60,517 bases of DNA from Candidatus Cloacimonadota bacterium. Its GTDB lineage: Bacteria > Cloacimonadota > Cloacimonadia > Cloacimonadales > TCS61. A model generated the notes under the pieces. That model was not told the DNA's origin. It saw nothing but the letters and a program-made list of their open reading frames with translations, and made no database searches. Positions 1-8,615 of the stretch are shown piece after piece. Location of the stretch: positions 1 to 60,517 of the forward strand of contig JAGLPW010000107.1 in NCBI GenBank assembly GCA_023137125.1. The letters are read 5' to 3'. The translations under genes were made by a program, and so were the position numbers. Within the stretch, counting starts at the first letter, position 1. The number at the start of each line of letters is the position of its first letter.

Positions 1-194
1 ACACTTGGGAAATTGAAGCATTCCATATTTATAAGACCGGAATTCATTTTGAAAACTATAATTGAGAAATATAGAATAAATGCAGAAATTACTAAAGAAA
101 GCAAACCTTTAACAATCTTTAATGTTTCCGGTAGAACAAACAGGATCACTCCAAGAATGATCGGTAAAAATATTAGATATTGCAAATTAATCAT
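1..194 (-). CDS. Partial CDS (N-terminus, runs off window): hydrophobic antiporter-like membrane subunit (NuoL/M/N, EchA/MbhH-like)
   Basis: ATG at 192-194 lies 4 nt after the large-subunit stop. My translation is MINLQYLIFLPIILGVILFVLPETLKIVKGLLSLVISAFILYFSIIVF, which is TM-rich. Not in the ORF track because it is truncated by the window edge. Confidence 0.45.
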   Translation of the reverse strand, partial: MINLQYLIFLPIILGVILFVLPETLKIVKGLLSLVISAFILYFSIIVFKMNSGLINMECFNFPS

Positions 195-198
195 AATT

Positions 199-1398
199 TC
201 ATACCTTTAACTTAGTTTTTAAATTTTTGGTTTTCTCCTGGGAGAGTTTTATCAATTCCGCTGCACTCATTATATGCTTTCCGGTAGTATAATCAAAAAC
301 GTGTGACATCCTTTCCGTGCAACAATAGCAAGGATCAACAGCAGCTGTTGCAATAGTAGCATCGGAGATCGTTCCTCCCACACAAGATCTTCTAAAAGTT
401 GGGATATTTGTATAACTCGGTGCACGTATTTTATGTCGAATCGGGCTATTGCCTCCATCGGATTTTACAAAATGAAAGACTTCACCACGGGGAGCTTCAG
501 CATGTCCAATTCCAATCCCAGGTGGAATTTCTTTCACTTTTACTTTTATATCTCCAGCTTCCGTCTTCTTAAGAGCTTCCAGACATTGTTTAATGATACT
601 TATCGATTCATACATTTCCAGAAGACGAACTTCCGCTTTAGCAAAGACATCTCCTCCACTCGCTGTAATTACTTTCCAATCCACCATATCATAAGCAGCA
701 TACGGATCATCTCTACGGACATCAATATCTACTCCAGACGCTCTGGCAGTTGGTCCAACTGCACCAAAATCGTGAATATCTTTTGCAGTAAGAACTCCGA
801 CTCCTTTCAAACGAGCATGAATAACAGGATCGTCCATAACTGCACCAACTAACATTGTGGTTTTAACTTCTACATCATCCAATACTTTTAATAGTTGAGT
901 TGCCTGTTCCGGGCTTATATCTCTTCTTACACCACCAATTGTAAACATTGCATAGTTGTTTCTGTTCCCGGTAATAATTTCAAACATATCCAGAACAGGT
1001 TCACGGTATTTCCATGCCCACATAAAAACCGTATTATATCCAAGAAAATGACCGGCAAGTCCAACCCATAAAAGATGACTATGAATCCTCTCTAATTCTC
1101 CAACGATAGTTCTAATATATTTTGCTCTTTCAGGAATTTCAACATCAGGAATACTTTCCACAGCATTCGCATAGGCAAATGGATGAGAAGTTGAACATAT
1201 ACCGCATATTCTTTCTACTACGTAAAAAACTTGCTCAAATGTTTTTGACTGACATAATTTTTCAATTCCTCGATGATTGTAACCGGTTTCCCAGATAACT
1301 TCTTTTACGATCTCTCCATCACAATAGAGTTTGAAAAATTCGGGCTCTTCTAAAAGCGGATGATATGGTCCTAAAGGGACTAAAGTTCTCTTACCCAT
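199..1398 (-). CDS. [NiFe] hydrogenase large subunit, group 4 (NuoD/EchE/MbhL-like)
   Basis: Start taken at MGKRTL (ATG 1396-1398), with GGAGAAG upstream; the listed ORF extends to 1464. NiFe ligand motifs RICGICSTSH (N-terminal) and DPCYCCTER (C-terminal). Confidence 0.9.
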   Translation of the reverse strand: MGKRTLVPLGPYHPLLEEPEFFKLYCDGEIVKEVIWETGYNHRGIEKLCQSKTFEQVFYVVERICGICSTSHPFAYANAVESIPDVEIPERAKYIRTIVGELERIHSHLLWVGLAGHFLGYNTVFMWAWKYREPVLDMFEIITGNRNNYAMFTIGGVRRDISPEQATQLLKVLDDVEVKTTMLVGAVMDDPVIHARLKGVGVLTAKDIHDFGAVGPTARASGVDIDVRRDDPYAAYDMVDWKVITASGGDVFAKAEVRLLEMYESISIIKQCLEALKKTEAGDIKVKVKEIPPGIGIGHAEAPRGEVFHFVKSDGGNSPIRHKIRAPSYTNIPTFRRSCVGGTISDATIATAAVDPCYCCTERMSHVFDYTTGKHIMSAAELIKLSQEKTKNLKTKLKV

Positions 1399-1399
1399 C

Positions 1400-1846
1400 T
1401 TAATTCTTCTCCTCTTTATAATCTCTTCTGAGCGGATATTTTCCTTCCGGCCAGTCTTCTGCAAAAAGGAATCTTTCCGGTTTTGGATGATTTAGAAATT
1501 TGATTCCCAACAGATCCATGATCTCCCTTTCTATCCATTCTGTACCATAAACTACAGGAGTGAGAGACTCAATTTCCGGTTTGTCTCTTTGCAGCATAAC
1601 ATTAAGATTCACAATCCAGCCGCTACTGTCATCAGAGAAATGGTAAATTATTTCAAATCCTTCTTTTGAATCCATTGCAGTTACAATAATATAACGGTAG
1701 CCCAACTCCTTGAAAACATACTCTGCAATTTCAAGTAAACTGTTTTTTGGAATGTGGATCATTAATCTTTTTGTATTTACAATTTCCACATCAATGATCT
1801 TTGGAAATTTTATTTTAATATCCTCAATATATTTTTCAATATCCAT
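1400..1846 (-). CDS. NuoC-like (30 kDa) hydrogenase subunit
   Basis: 148 aa. Stop abuts the large-subunit start. Position and size match NuoC/EchD/MbhK-type subunits. Confidence 0.75.
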   Translation of the reverse strand: MDIEKYIEDIKIKFPKIIDVEIVNTKRLMIHIPKNSLLEIAEYVFKELGYRYIIVTAMDSKEGFEIIYHFSDDSSGWIVNLNVMLQRDKPEIESLTPVVYGTEWIEREIMDLLGIKFLNHPKPERFLFAEDWPEGKYPLRRDYKEEKN

Positions 1847-1858
1847 ACAAATCTATCC

Positions 1859-2269
1859 TTATTTATTTAATAATTTCATAATACCGGCTAACATTGCTTC
1901 CGGTTTGGGTGGACATCCCGGAACATATGCATCAACTGGGATAACTTTATCGAGTGGTCCTTTAAAAGTGTAGCAGTCTTTAAACATACCACCAGTACAA
2001 GAACACACTCCAATAGCCACCACAACGATCGGTTTTGGGGCTTGATCATATACTTCTTTTATTCGAGGAAGTAACTTTTTAGTAACAACTCCGGTTACCA
2101 GCAAAACATCAGCGTGACGTATACTTCCCACCAACTTCATTCCGAACCTTTCAATATCATATCTGGGAGTAAGGCAGTCCAATATTTCTATATCGCAATT
2201 ATTGCATGAACCTGCACTTAAATGGAACACCCATAACGATTTTTTAAAGCACTTTTCTTTAAAGCCCAA
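1859..2269 (-). CDS. NuoB-like [NiFe] hydrogenase small subunit (EchC/MbhJ-like)
   Basis: Cys pattern CNNC ... GVCSCTGG ... GCPPKPE is typical of NuoB-type 4Fe-4S subunits. Confidence 0.9.
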   Translation of the reverse strand: MGFKEKCFKKSLWVFHLSAGSCNNCDIEILDCLTPRYDIERFGMKLVGSIRHADVLLVTGVVTKKLLPRIKEVYDQAPKPIVVVAIGVCSCTGGMFKDCYTFKGPLDKVIPVDAYVPGCPPKPEAMLAGIMKLLNK

Positions 2270-2278
2270 TGTATTCTC

Positions 2279-3208
2279 CTATAATCCAAAGATCGCTAAA
2301 ATAATACTGACGATTGCCAGCAGATTCATCCAAATCCAGAAGAACCGCATTGCTTGATCAATTCTTACTCTTGGACTTGTATTTCTAATTAAAGTTACTA
2401 ATAATACGACCAGAACTACTTTGAGTACTGACCAAAGAATATTTATTCCCTCAAAATTCATACCGGCAAAGAAGAGACCGACCACAAGAGCCGGAAGAAC
2501 AAATAGCATTATGTATTTTGCAAGATTTACTAAAGCATAAGTAGTTCCCGAAAATTCAATTGTGATTCCATCGCAGATCTCACCTTCTCCTTCTGCCATA
2601 TCGAAAGGCACTAACCCTAGTTTTGCCTGAATACACATCAATATTACAATAAAGCCTATGACCCCTGATACACTTCCAATAAAAGCACCATTGGCGGCTT
2701 GGAACGCAATGATCTCAGATAGTTTTATGCTCATTCCTGATTTTAAAATGATTGAGATCAACACGAGCAAGAAAGGAACTTCATAGCTCAATATCAGTTT
2801 CATTTCACGTGAGGCACCGACAGCTGCCAACGGATTTCCAGATGCTAAAGCACCGATCATATAACTCAGTGAAGGGATATTCAGCAGATAAATGATCACA
2901 ATAAGATCACCTACAAATCCTGTTTTAATTCCAAATAATGGAAGCAGAATGAACACTGCTGATATTACTGCACCAAAAAGTGCTAATATTGGAGCAACAA
3001 AGAATGTGAATTGAGAACCTTTCTTTGGGATCAAGGTCTCTTTGGTTAACAGCTTGATGAAATCATAAAGTGGTTGAAGAAGTGGAGGACCCTGACGGAA
3101 TTGGACTCTTGCAGTTATTTTCCTATCGAACCAGGAAAGAAAACCACCAACTATACCGGAGAATAATAATCCCGGAAAAATTAAAAAATAAAATATTTCT
3201 TTTCCCAT
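2279..3208 (-). CDS. NuoH/HycD/EchB-like integral membrane subunit
   Basis: 309 aa and polytopic. RVQFRQGPPLLQPLYDFIKL resembles the NuoH-family N-terminal signature. Confidence 0.85.
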   Translation of the reverse strand: MGKEIFYFLIFPGLLFSGIVGGFLSWFDRKITARVQFRQGPPLLQPLYDFIKLLTKETLIPKKGSQFTFFVAPILALFGAVISAVFILLPLFGIKTGFVGDLIVIIYLLNIPSLSYMIGALASGNPLAAVGASREMKLILSYEVPFLLVLISIILKSGMSIKLSEIIAFQAANGAFIGSVSGVIGFIVILMCIQAKLGLVPFDMAEGEGEICDGITIEFSGTTYALVNLAKYIMLFVLPALVVGLFFAGMNFEGINILWSVLKVVLVVLLVTLIRNTSPRVRIDQAMRFFWIWMNLLAIVSIILAIFGL

Positions 3209-3217
3209 TTTAATCCT

Positions 3218-3727
3218 TTATTCGTTCTTCATTAATTTATCCCAGATAAACTCTTTAACCAGGATATTATCATTTAATTTATGAATATTTTCTTCTTTAT
3301 TTTCATCGAAATCTACAATTGTAATTGCACCTTTGGGAGCTGTTTCCATACATTTTAAAGATTCTGTATTATCATTAAAATCACAAAGATCGCAAATAGA
3401 TTTTTTGGAAGTAAACACTTCGTTCATAATTGAACCAAACGGACATACGGCTACACAGGATTGACAACCGATACACAAATTTGTAGCTCGAACAATAAAG
3501 CCGTCATCATTCTTTTCCAGAGCTTCTTCCGGACAAACCAAAATGCAGGGGGAATCTTCGCATTGTCTGCAAGTAAACAATATCATTGCTTTTTCTACAA
3601 TATCTTTCATTCCGATATTATTTGGATGGAAATTGTAAATACATTCACCGAAATTGTAATTGCCATCTTTCGGATCTCGGAACTTTGCCAGATCAATTAA
3701 TATTTTTTTGCTCATTTTATCCGCCAA
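3218..3727 (-). CDS. 4Fe-4S dicluster ferredoxin-type subunit (HycB-like)
   Basis: CRQCEDSPCILVCP, CIGCQSCVAVCP and CDLC cysteine clusters. Confidence 0.75.
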   Translation of the reverse strand: MADKMSKKILIDLAKFRDPKDGNYNFGECIYNFHPNNIGMKDIVEKAMILFTCRQCEDSPCILVCPEEALEKNDDGFIVRATNLCIGCQSCVAVCPFGSIMNEVFTSKKSICDLCDFNDNTESLKCMETAPKGAITIVDFDENKEENIHKLNDNILVKEFIWDKLMKNE

Positions 3728-3733
3728 ATCATA

Positions 3734-4579
3734 TTATTTTTTCTCGAAATAACTGCGAAATTCTATCATTTCTGTGGTATCTTTTATCTCATCGTAAGTA
3801 AACACTGGGCCGTCTTTGCAAACATAGAGACCGTCCATTGCACAGTGACCGCATTTCCCTAATCCGCACGACATGTTCGTTTCCATTGAGAGATAAATAT
3901 TTTCTTCTTTTGCACCTAATTCCAACAGACGTTTTGCTCCGAACTTCATCATAATTGGTGGTCCACAAACAATAGCAACAGTCTCTATAAAATCTATTTC
4001 GATCTTATCTAACAGGACTGTAACTACACCTTCCGTTTCATTCCAATTTGCATCCGCTTCATCAACGCTTCTCAATAATTCTACATTTTTATGTTTCTTC
4101 AGTTCATCAAACCAATCTTTGTAAATAAAATCTGAAGGTGTTTTTGCACCGAAGCAAATATAGATTTTTTTAAATTTATCTTCTTCTTTTAATAAAGTGA
4201 GAATAAGACAACGCAGTGGAGCAAGGCCAACACCGCCTCCTAGGATCAGAATCTCTTTTCCATAGAACTTTTCTATTGGATAACCCTTCCCATAAGGTCC
4301 ACGGATACCAATAGTTTCGCCGCCTTTTAGCTCGTGCATTTTTCCGGTTACATATCCGGCATTCATTATTGTGAGTTCCATTTTATTTTTTACATACGGG
4401 GATGAAGAAGGAGTGTATGGCGCTTCACCAATCCCATCAAGTGTAACTTCCACAAACTGACCGGTTTTGAATTCAAATTCCTTTTCTGCACTAATAAAGA
4501 AAGTCTTAATAAGCGGAGTTTCAGTTACAATTTTATCTACTTTATATTTAATTGGTTTATAAATATTCTTTTCTGCCAT
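3734..4579 (-). CDS. FAD/NAD(P)-binding oxidoreductase with C-terminal 2Fe-2S (sulfhydrogenase gamma / AsrB / PyrK-like)
   Basis: Start taken at MAEKNIY (ATG 4577-4579, AGGGA upstream). GGGVGLAP nucleotide-binding motif and CGLGKCGHC...C cluster. Confidence 0.8.
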   Translation of the reverse strand: MAEKNIYKPIKYKVDKIVTETPLIKTFFISAEKEFEFKTGQFVEVTLDGIGEAPYTPSSSPYVKNKMELTIMNAGYVTGKMHELKGGETIGIRGPYGKGYPIEKFYGKEILILGGGVGLAPLRCLILTLLKEEDKFKKIYICFGAKTPSDFIYKDWFDELKKHKNVELLRSVDEADANWNETEGVVTVLLDKIEIDFIETVAIVCGPPIMMKFGAKRLLELGAKEENIYLSMETNMSCGLGKCGHCAMDGLYVCKDGPVFTYDEIKDTTEMIEFRSYFEKK

Positions 4580-4589
4580 TTTCCATCCC

Positions 4590-5588
4590 TTATTTACAAG
4601 CTTCAATTATTAATTCATTTTTATTGATCTTACCAATGCAGGCATCGATACATCTTCCACAACCGGTACAGGCAATTTCACCGAACATATCCGGTTTATG
4701 TACAAATTTACAAAGATAGCGATTTTTTAAGCGATTGTAAATCTTTTCCAGTGGATCTTCATCACCTGCTACCCGTTCAAATGCAGGATATTGGCAGGCA
4801 TCCCAATTCTTTACTTTCTCAAAATTTGCTTTATCTATTAATAAAAAACAATGGCAGGATGGACAAATAACAGCACAAGCTCCACAGGAGACACAATCTT
4901 TGGCATATTTCTTCCAAATCACTGAACCTTCCTTCAATAACATTTTTCTTGTTTCTTCTGTATCGGGAAGTTCCTTGTTCTGCAATTTTAATTCTTCAAT
5001 AATCTTTTGCCTTTTCTCCTCAATCCCTATGGGAATACCATCAATTTCTATAAGTTCAGTAGAAAACTCACTTAAGAATTTCTCACCTTTTTTTGTATGA
5101 ACTTGAAGAGTTATCTTATGATCAATTAGTGAGTAAGAAATATCGCAGTTCTTTTCCGGATACGGATTAACTCCATAGCTCGTACAGTGACAATTATTAT
5201 CTATTTCGTAACAATCTGATCCTATAAGAATTGTGTTATCTCTTTTTTCCTTATAATAAGTATCCAGAAAATCTTCATCCAAGAAAATCTTATCCAACAG
5301 ATTCAATGCACTTAAATCGCAAGAAGGTATTCCAACAATAACTCGTTTTTTATTTTTTTGTTCTTTCACGACATTTTCTTTTATAGGAAAGAAAAAAGCT
5401 TTCAATGGTGTAGTTGGCTTGGTTTTGTTAAAGGTGATCAAATCAACATTATCATCGGAAAGCAGTTCATAATCTGGAAAGTCTTGTCTTAGTAAAGGGG
5501 CAAAAACATTATATTTCGCAGAGACCAAGCTGAGAATTTTTACCCACTGTTTCAATGAAACAGAGTATGTTCTCATAAAATCTTCCAT
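4590..5588 (-). CDS. 4Fe-4S dicluster protein (sulfhydrogenase beta / AsrA-like)
   Basis: CVSCGACAVICPSCHC and CTGCGRCIDAC motifs. First gene of the operon, with an AT-rich leader upstream. Confidence 0.75.
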   Translation of the reverse strand: MEDFMRTYSVSLKQWVKILSLVSAKYNVFAPLLRQDFPDYELLSDDNVDLITFNKTKPTTPLKAFFFPIKENVVKEQKNKKRVIVGIPSCDLSALNLLDKIFLDEDFLDTYYKEKRDNTILIGSDCYEIDNNCHCTSYGVNPYPEKNCDISYSLIDHKITLQVHTKKGEKFLSEFSTELIEIDGIPIGIEEKRQKIIEELKLQNKELPDTEETRKMLLKEGSVIWKKYAKDCVSCGACAVICPSCHCFLLIDKANFEKVKNWDACQYPAFERVAGDEDPLEKIYNRLKNRYLCKFVHKPDMFGEIACTGCGRCIDACIGKINKNELIIEACK

Positions 5589-5885
5589 TCTTTTATTTAT
5601 ATTTTGCGAAGCCGCTTTAACACAACATCACATAAATATTCTAAATGAAACTGCAAATTCATTCGCAACAAAGACACATGTATTTAATCTTGTCAAATAC
5701 TTTTTCTTTGCTCCTTTCGTTTATTATATATTTATTATTAATACTATTAATATATAAAATAATCCATAAAATAAGAATAAAATTTATTTTTTATGTTTAA
5801 TGAAATTATCATTTACTTGAGTGTTAGAATGAAAAGTAATAAGAATTCAATTTGATAATTAATTAATTAATATGCATAATCAGTA

Positions 5886-5945
5886 CAAATAAAAAAGCCA
5901 TACGAATAATCGTACAGCTTAATAATAATGGGGTGGGTGATGGGA
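5886..5945 (-). other. Decayed copy of the tRNA-His 3' end followed (minus strand) by a hairpin and T-run
   Basis: 5929-5945 tggggtgggtgatggga matches 31882-31898 tggggtggatgatggga at 16/17 positions, and the adjacent 9 nt match 7/9. On the minus strand it is followed by gctgtacgattattcgtatggc and then TTTTTTATTT. Confidence 0.6.
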
Positions 5946-6156
5946 ACACAAAAGTTATGGATACTTGGGGACAACAATTTTATAAAGAAATCAAAAATAT
6001 ATAGACAATAATGAACGTCCTTAATCATGATTCGGAGTCAACTACTCTTCGTTATATAGGCTGGGATCAGGAGATCATCGACGATGCTATGGAGAGAATA
6101 GAGGAACTCTATAATCTGTAACATTCACATAAGCATTCTTCTCAGAATTATATATT

Positions 6157-7806
6157 TCATTTCAACAACAAACATTTCTTAACTACTTCAGTTTTACCAT
6201 TCACATTTAGTTTGTAAAGATAAACACCTGAACTGACAGAATTTCCAAAATCATCATCACCATTCCAGATAATTGAATGCTCTCCTGTAGGGATTTGGTC
6301 GTTTAAAAGTGATTTTATCTTCTGTCCTTTGATGTTGTATATACTTAGTTCAACTTCAGATTCTTCATGGATTGAGAAAGAAATTGTTGTAGTGGGATTG
6401 AAGGGATTGGGGTAATTAGTTAAAACATTAATTGTCGTAATTATTTCATCTTCAATAGAAGTAATATTATCTATCTTTGCTACAAATATATCAGAATTCC
6501 CACTACTGGTTAGATTAAAGGAACCAAAACTTGCTATTCCTCTATAATATCCTGTTACATACACATTTCCTTCGGCATCTGTGCTTATTGCAAATCCATT
6601 ATCATAAGTACTTCCCCCGGCACTTTCTGCCCAAATCCAATTACCGTTAGAATCCATCTTTGTAACAAAAATATCTCTCTCACCACTGCTGGTTAAATTA
6701 AAAGAGCCAAAACTTGCTGTGCCATGAAAATATCCTGACACGTAGACATTCTCATCAATGTCTGTGCTTATTCCAGATCCACCATCATACTCACTTCCCC
6801 CAGCATTTTTTGCCCAGATCCAATTTCCATTAGGATCCATCTTTGCTACAAAAATATCAGAGACCCCATTGCTGGTTAGATTATAAGAACCAAAATTTGC
6901 TAAATAATCAAAATATCCAGTTACATATACATTCCCATCAGCATCTGTGTTTATTGCTTTTCCTATATCCCCATAACTTCCCCCAGCACCTTCTACCCAG
7001 AGCCAGTTACCATTAGGATCCATCTTTGCTACAAAAATATCATGGTCCCCACTACTGGTTAAATTGAAAGAACCAAAACTTCCTGTTCCTCGGAAAGATC
7101 CAGTTACATATAAATTCCCATCAGCATCTGTGCTTATTCCAGATCCACCATCATACTCACTTCCCCCAGCATTTTTTGCCCAGAGCCAGTTACCATTAGG
7201 ATCCATCTTTGCTACAAATATATCATCATCTCCATTGCTGGGAAGATCAAAAGAACCAAAACTTGCTGTTCCTTCGAAAATTCCTGTTACATATACATTC
7301 CCATTAGAGTCTGTGCATATTGCAATTCCGTATTCTAAATCACTTCCCCCAGCACTTTCTGCCCAGAGCCAGTTACCATTAGGATCCATCTTTGCTACAA
7401 AAATATCATAGGCCCCATTGCTGGTTAGATTAAAAGAACCAAAATTTGCTGAATAATCAAAATACCCAGTTATATATACGTTTCCATCAACGTCTGTGCT
7501 TATTCCAAATCCACAATCATCAGAACTCCCACCGGCATTTTCTACCCAGAGCCAATTACCATTTGCATCCATCTTTGCTACAAAAATATCAGAGCTCCCA
7601 CTGCTGGTTAAGTTAAAAGAACCAAAACTTGCTGTACCAGAGAAATTTCCAGTTACATATACATTCCCATCACCATCTGTGCTTATTCCAGATCCACCAT
7701 CATAATTATTCCCTCCGGCACTTTCAGCCCATAACCATTCAGGTGCTTGGGCAAAAAGTAAAAATGAAAGTGTAATAAATAATAAAATTGAAAGTAGCCT
7801 TTTCAT
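6157..7806 (-). CDS. Secreted beta-propeller-repeat (SBBP-like) protein with T9SS C-terminal sorting domain
   Basis: Start at MKRLLS (GGAGGA RBS). Signal peptide, seven 61-aa NGNWLW..AGG..DGNVYVTG..SFGSFNLTS..DIFVAKMD repeats, and a C-terminal NYPNPFNPTTTISFSI...LLLK. Confidence 0.8.
   Translation of the reverse strand: MKRLLSILLFITLSFLLFAQAPEWLWAESAGGNNYDGGSGISTDGDGNVYVTGNFSGTASFGSFNLTSSGSSDIFVAKMDANGNWLWVENAGGSSDDCGFGISTDVDGNVYITGYFDYSANFGSFNLTSNGAYDIFVAKMDPNGNWLWAESAGGSDLEYGIAICTDSNGNVYVTGIFEGTASFGSFDLPSNGDDDIFVAKMDPNGNWLWAKNAGGSEYDGGSGISTDADGNLYVTGSFRGTGSFGSFNLTSSGDHDIFVAKMDPNGNWLWVEGAGGSYGDIGKAINTDADGNVYVTGYFDYLANFGSYNLTSNGVSDIFVAKMDPNGNWIWAKNAGGSEYDGGSGISTDIDENVYVSGYFHGTASFGSFNLTSSGERDIFVTKMDSNGNWIWAESAGGSTYDNGFAISTDAEGNVYVTGYYRGIASFGSFNLTSSGNSDIFVAKIDNITSIEDEIITTINVLTNYPNPFNPTTTISFSIHEESEVELSIYNIKGQKIKSLLNDQIPTGEHSIIWNGDDDFGNSVSSGVYLYKLNVNGKTEVVKKCLLLK
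6463..7746 (-). repeat. Seven tandem 183-bp coding repeats
   Basis: ccagttaccattaggatccatctttgctacaaa recurs at about 7003, 7186 and 7369, with variants at about 6637, 6820 and 7552. The period is 183 bp. Confidence 0.85.
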
Positions 7807-7828
7807 CTTTTCCTCCAAAATAAATAGC

Positions 7829-7878
7829 TGCTAATGTTTCGCATGTACTGTGAAATAATACTGACACGCTTGTTATGT
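7829..7878 (-). repeat. attC-like site, short type, minus orientation
   Basis: The minus strand reads acataacaagcgtgtcagtattatttcacagtacatgcgaaacattagca, about 80 percent identical to the 50-nt site at 28643-28692. Confidence 0.75.
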
Positions 7879-7899
7879 GAAATAAAACTCATCATTTGA

Positions 7900-8472
7900 T
7901 TATTTAACCTGGATAAGAAGATTTATTTCCAGACCACTAATTGTTTCTTCAAAATTAAGATCACTAAACATCGAAGCACTTAAGCCAATTTTCTTATAAA
8001 TCATTTTGTTTAGAGTTAGTTTTATTGGCAATGTTATGAATTTATCAAATGTAGACTTTGCCGGACCTGCTTTATCTTGGTTGGTCTTTCTTTGAATAAA
8101 ACCAACTCCAGCAAAAGCAGTAAGATTAAAATTTTTAAATGAATAGATTTCTCTACCATATTTCAAAGCAAAAACTAAAAAATCTTTTCCAGTAATATCA
8201 TCATTTATATCCAGTTCTAGTGCAATAGGATTATTATCAAATTTCTTGTAGTTGAATTCGACACATTGGTTTTTCCATTTAACAATTATTCCATAATTTG
8301 GTGATTTATAAAATATTTTATCATAATAATAACTTTTTGGATTGTCTTCAGTATATATTATTGAACGTCCAGCAGTAAATATAATTTGAAAATTACTTCT
8401 TTCTGCCCATAAACTTGATACCAATAATCCCATTATAATTATTATCAGAGTCTTTATTTTTTTCTTTTTCAT
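7900..8472 (-). CDS. Hypothetical secreted protein, possibly a small OM beta-barrel; cassette-borne
   Basis: Signal peptide MKKKKIKTLIIIIMGLLVSSLWA and alternating beta-strand-like pattern. Flanked by the R' half-site at 8509-8531 and the attC-like site at 7829-7878. Confidence 0.55.
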   Translation of the reverse strand: MKKKKIKTLIIIIMGLLVSSLWAERSNFQIIFTAGRSIIYTEDNPKSYYYDKIFYKSPNYGIIVKWKNQCVEFNYKKFDNNPIALELDINDDITGKDFLVFALKYGREIYSFKNFNLTAFAGVGFIQRKTNQDKAGPAKSTFDKFITLPIKLTLNKMIYKKIGLSASMFSDLNFEETISGLEINLLIQVK

Positions 8473-8508
8473 TGTTACTCCATTTTATCGTCTTCTAAGA
8501 TCTAATTC

Positions 8509-8531
8509 ACATAATATTTTACGTGTGCGTC
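8509..8531 (-). repeat. attC-like half-site (3' arm plus R' box only)
   Basis: The minus strand reads gacgcacacg-taaaat-ATTATGT. The following TTATGTGAA is the reverse complement of TTCACATAA at the 7872-7886 box of the next site. No matching 5' arm was found. Confidence 0.45.
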
Positions 8532-8615
8532 GTCCCAAAATATAACTAACAGACAATCCCCGAATCCCCCTCTTCAGGCCAAGAGAGGGATCTTTGGGAT
8601 AAAATATTCATTAGA

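Noticed and set aside
13-210. 65-aa plus-strand ORF at the window start
   Set aside because: It lies antisense to a better, TM-rich minus-strand frame that starts 4 nt after the hydrogenase large-subunit stop, and it has no RBS.
433-852. 139-aa ORF antisense to the hydrogenase large subunit. Similar shadow ORFs occur at 1710-1973, 3461-3801 and 4900-5100.
   Set aside because: Low-complexity shadow frames inside strongly supported genes.
7064-7705. 115-aa and 69-aa plus-strand ORFs with a repetitive sequence
   Set aside because: They are antisense reading frames of the 183-bp SBBP repeats, and their repetitiveness simply mirrors the coding repeats.
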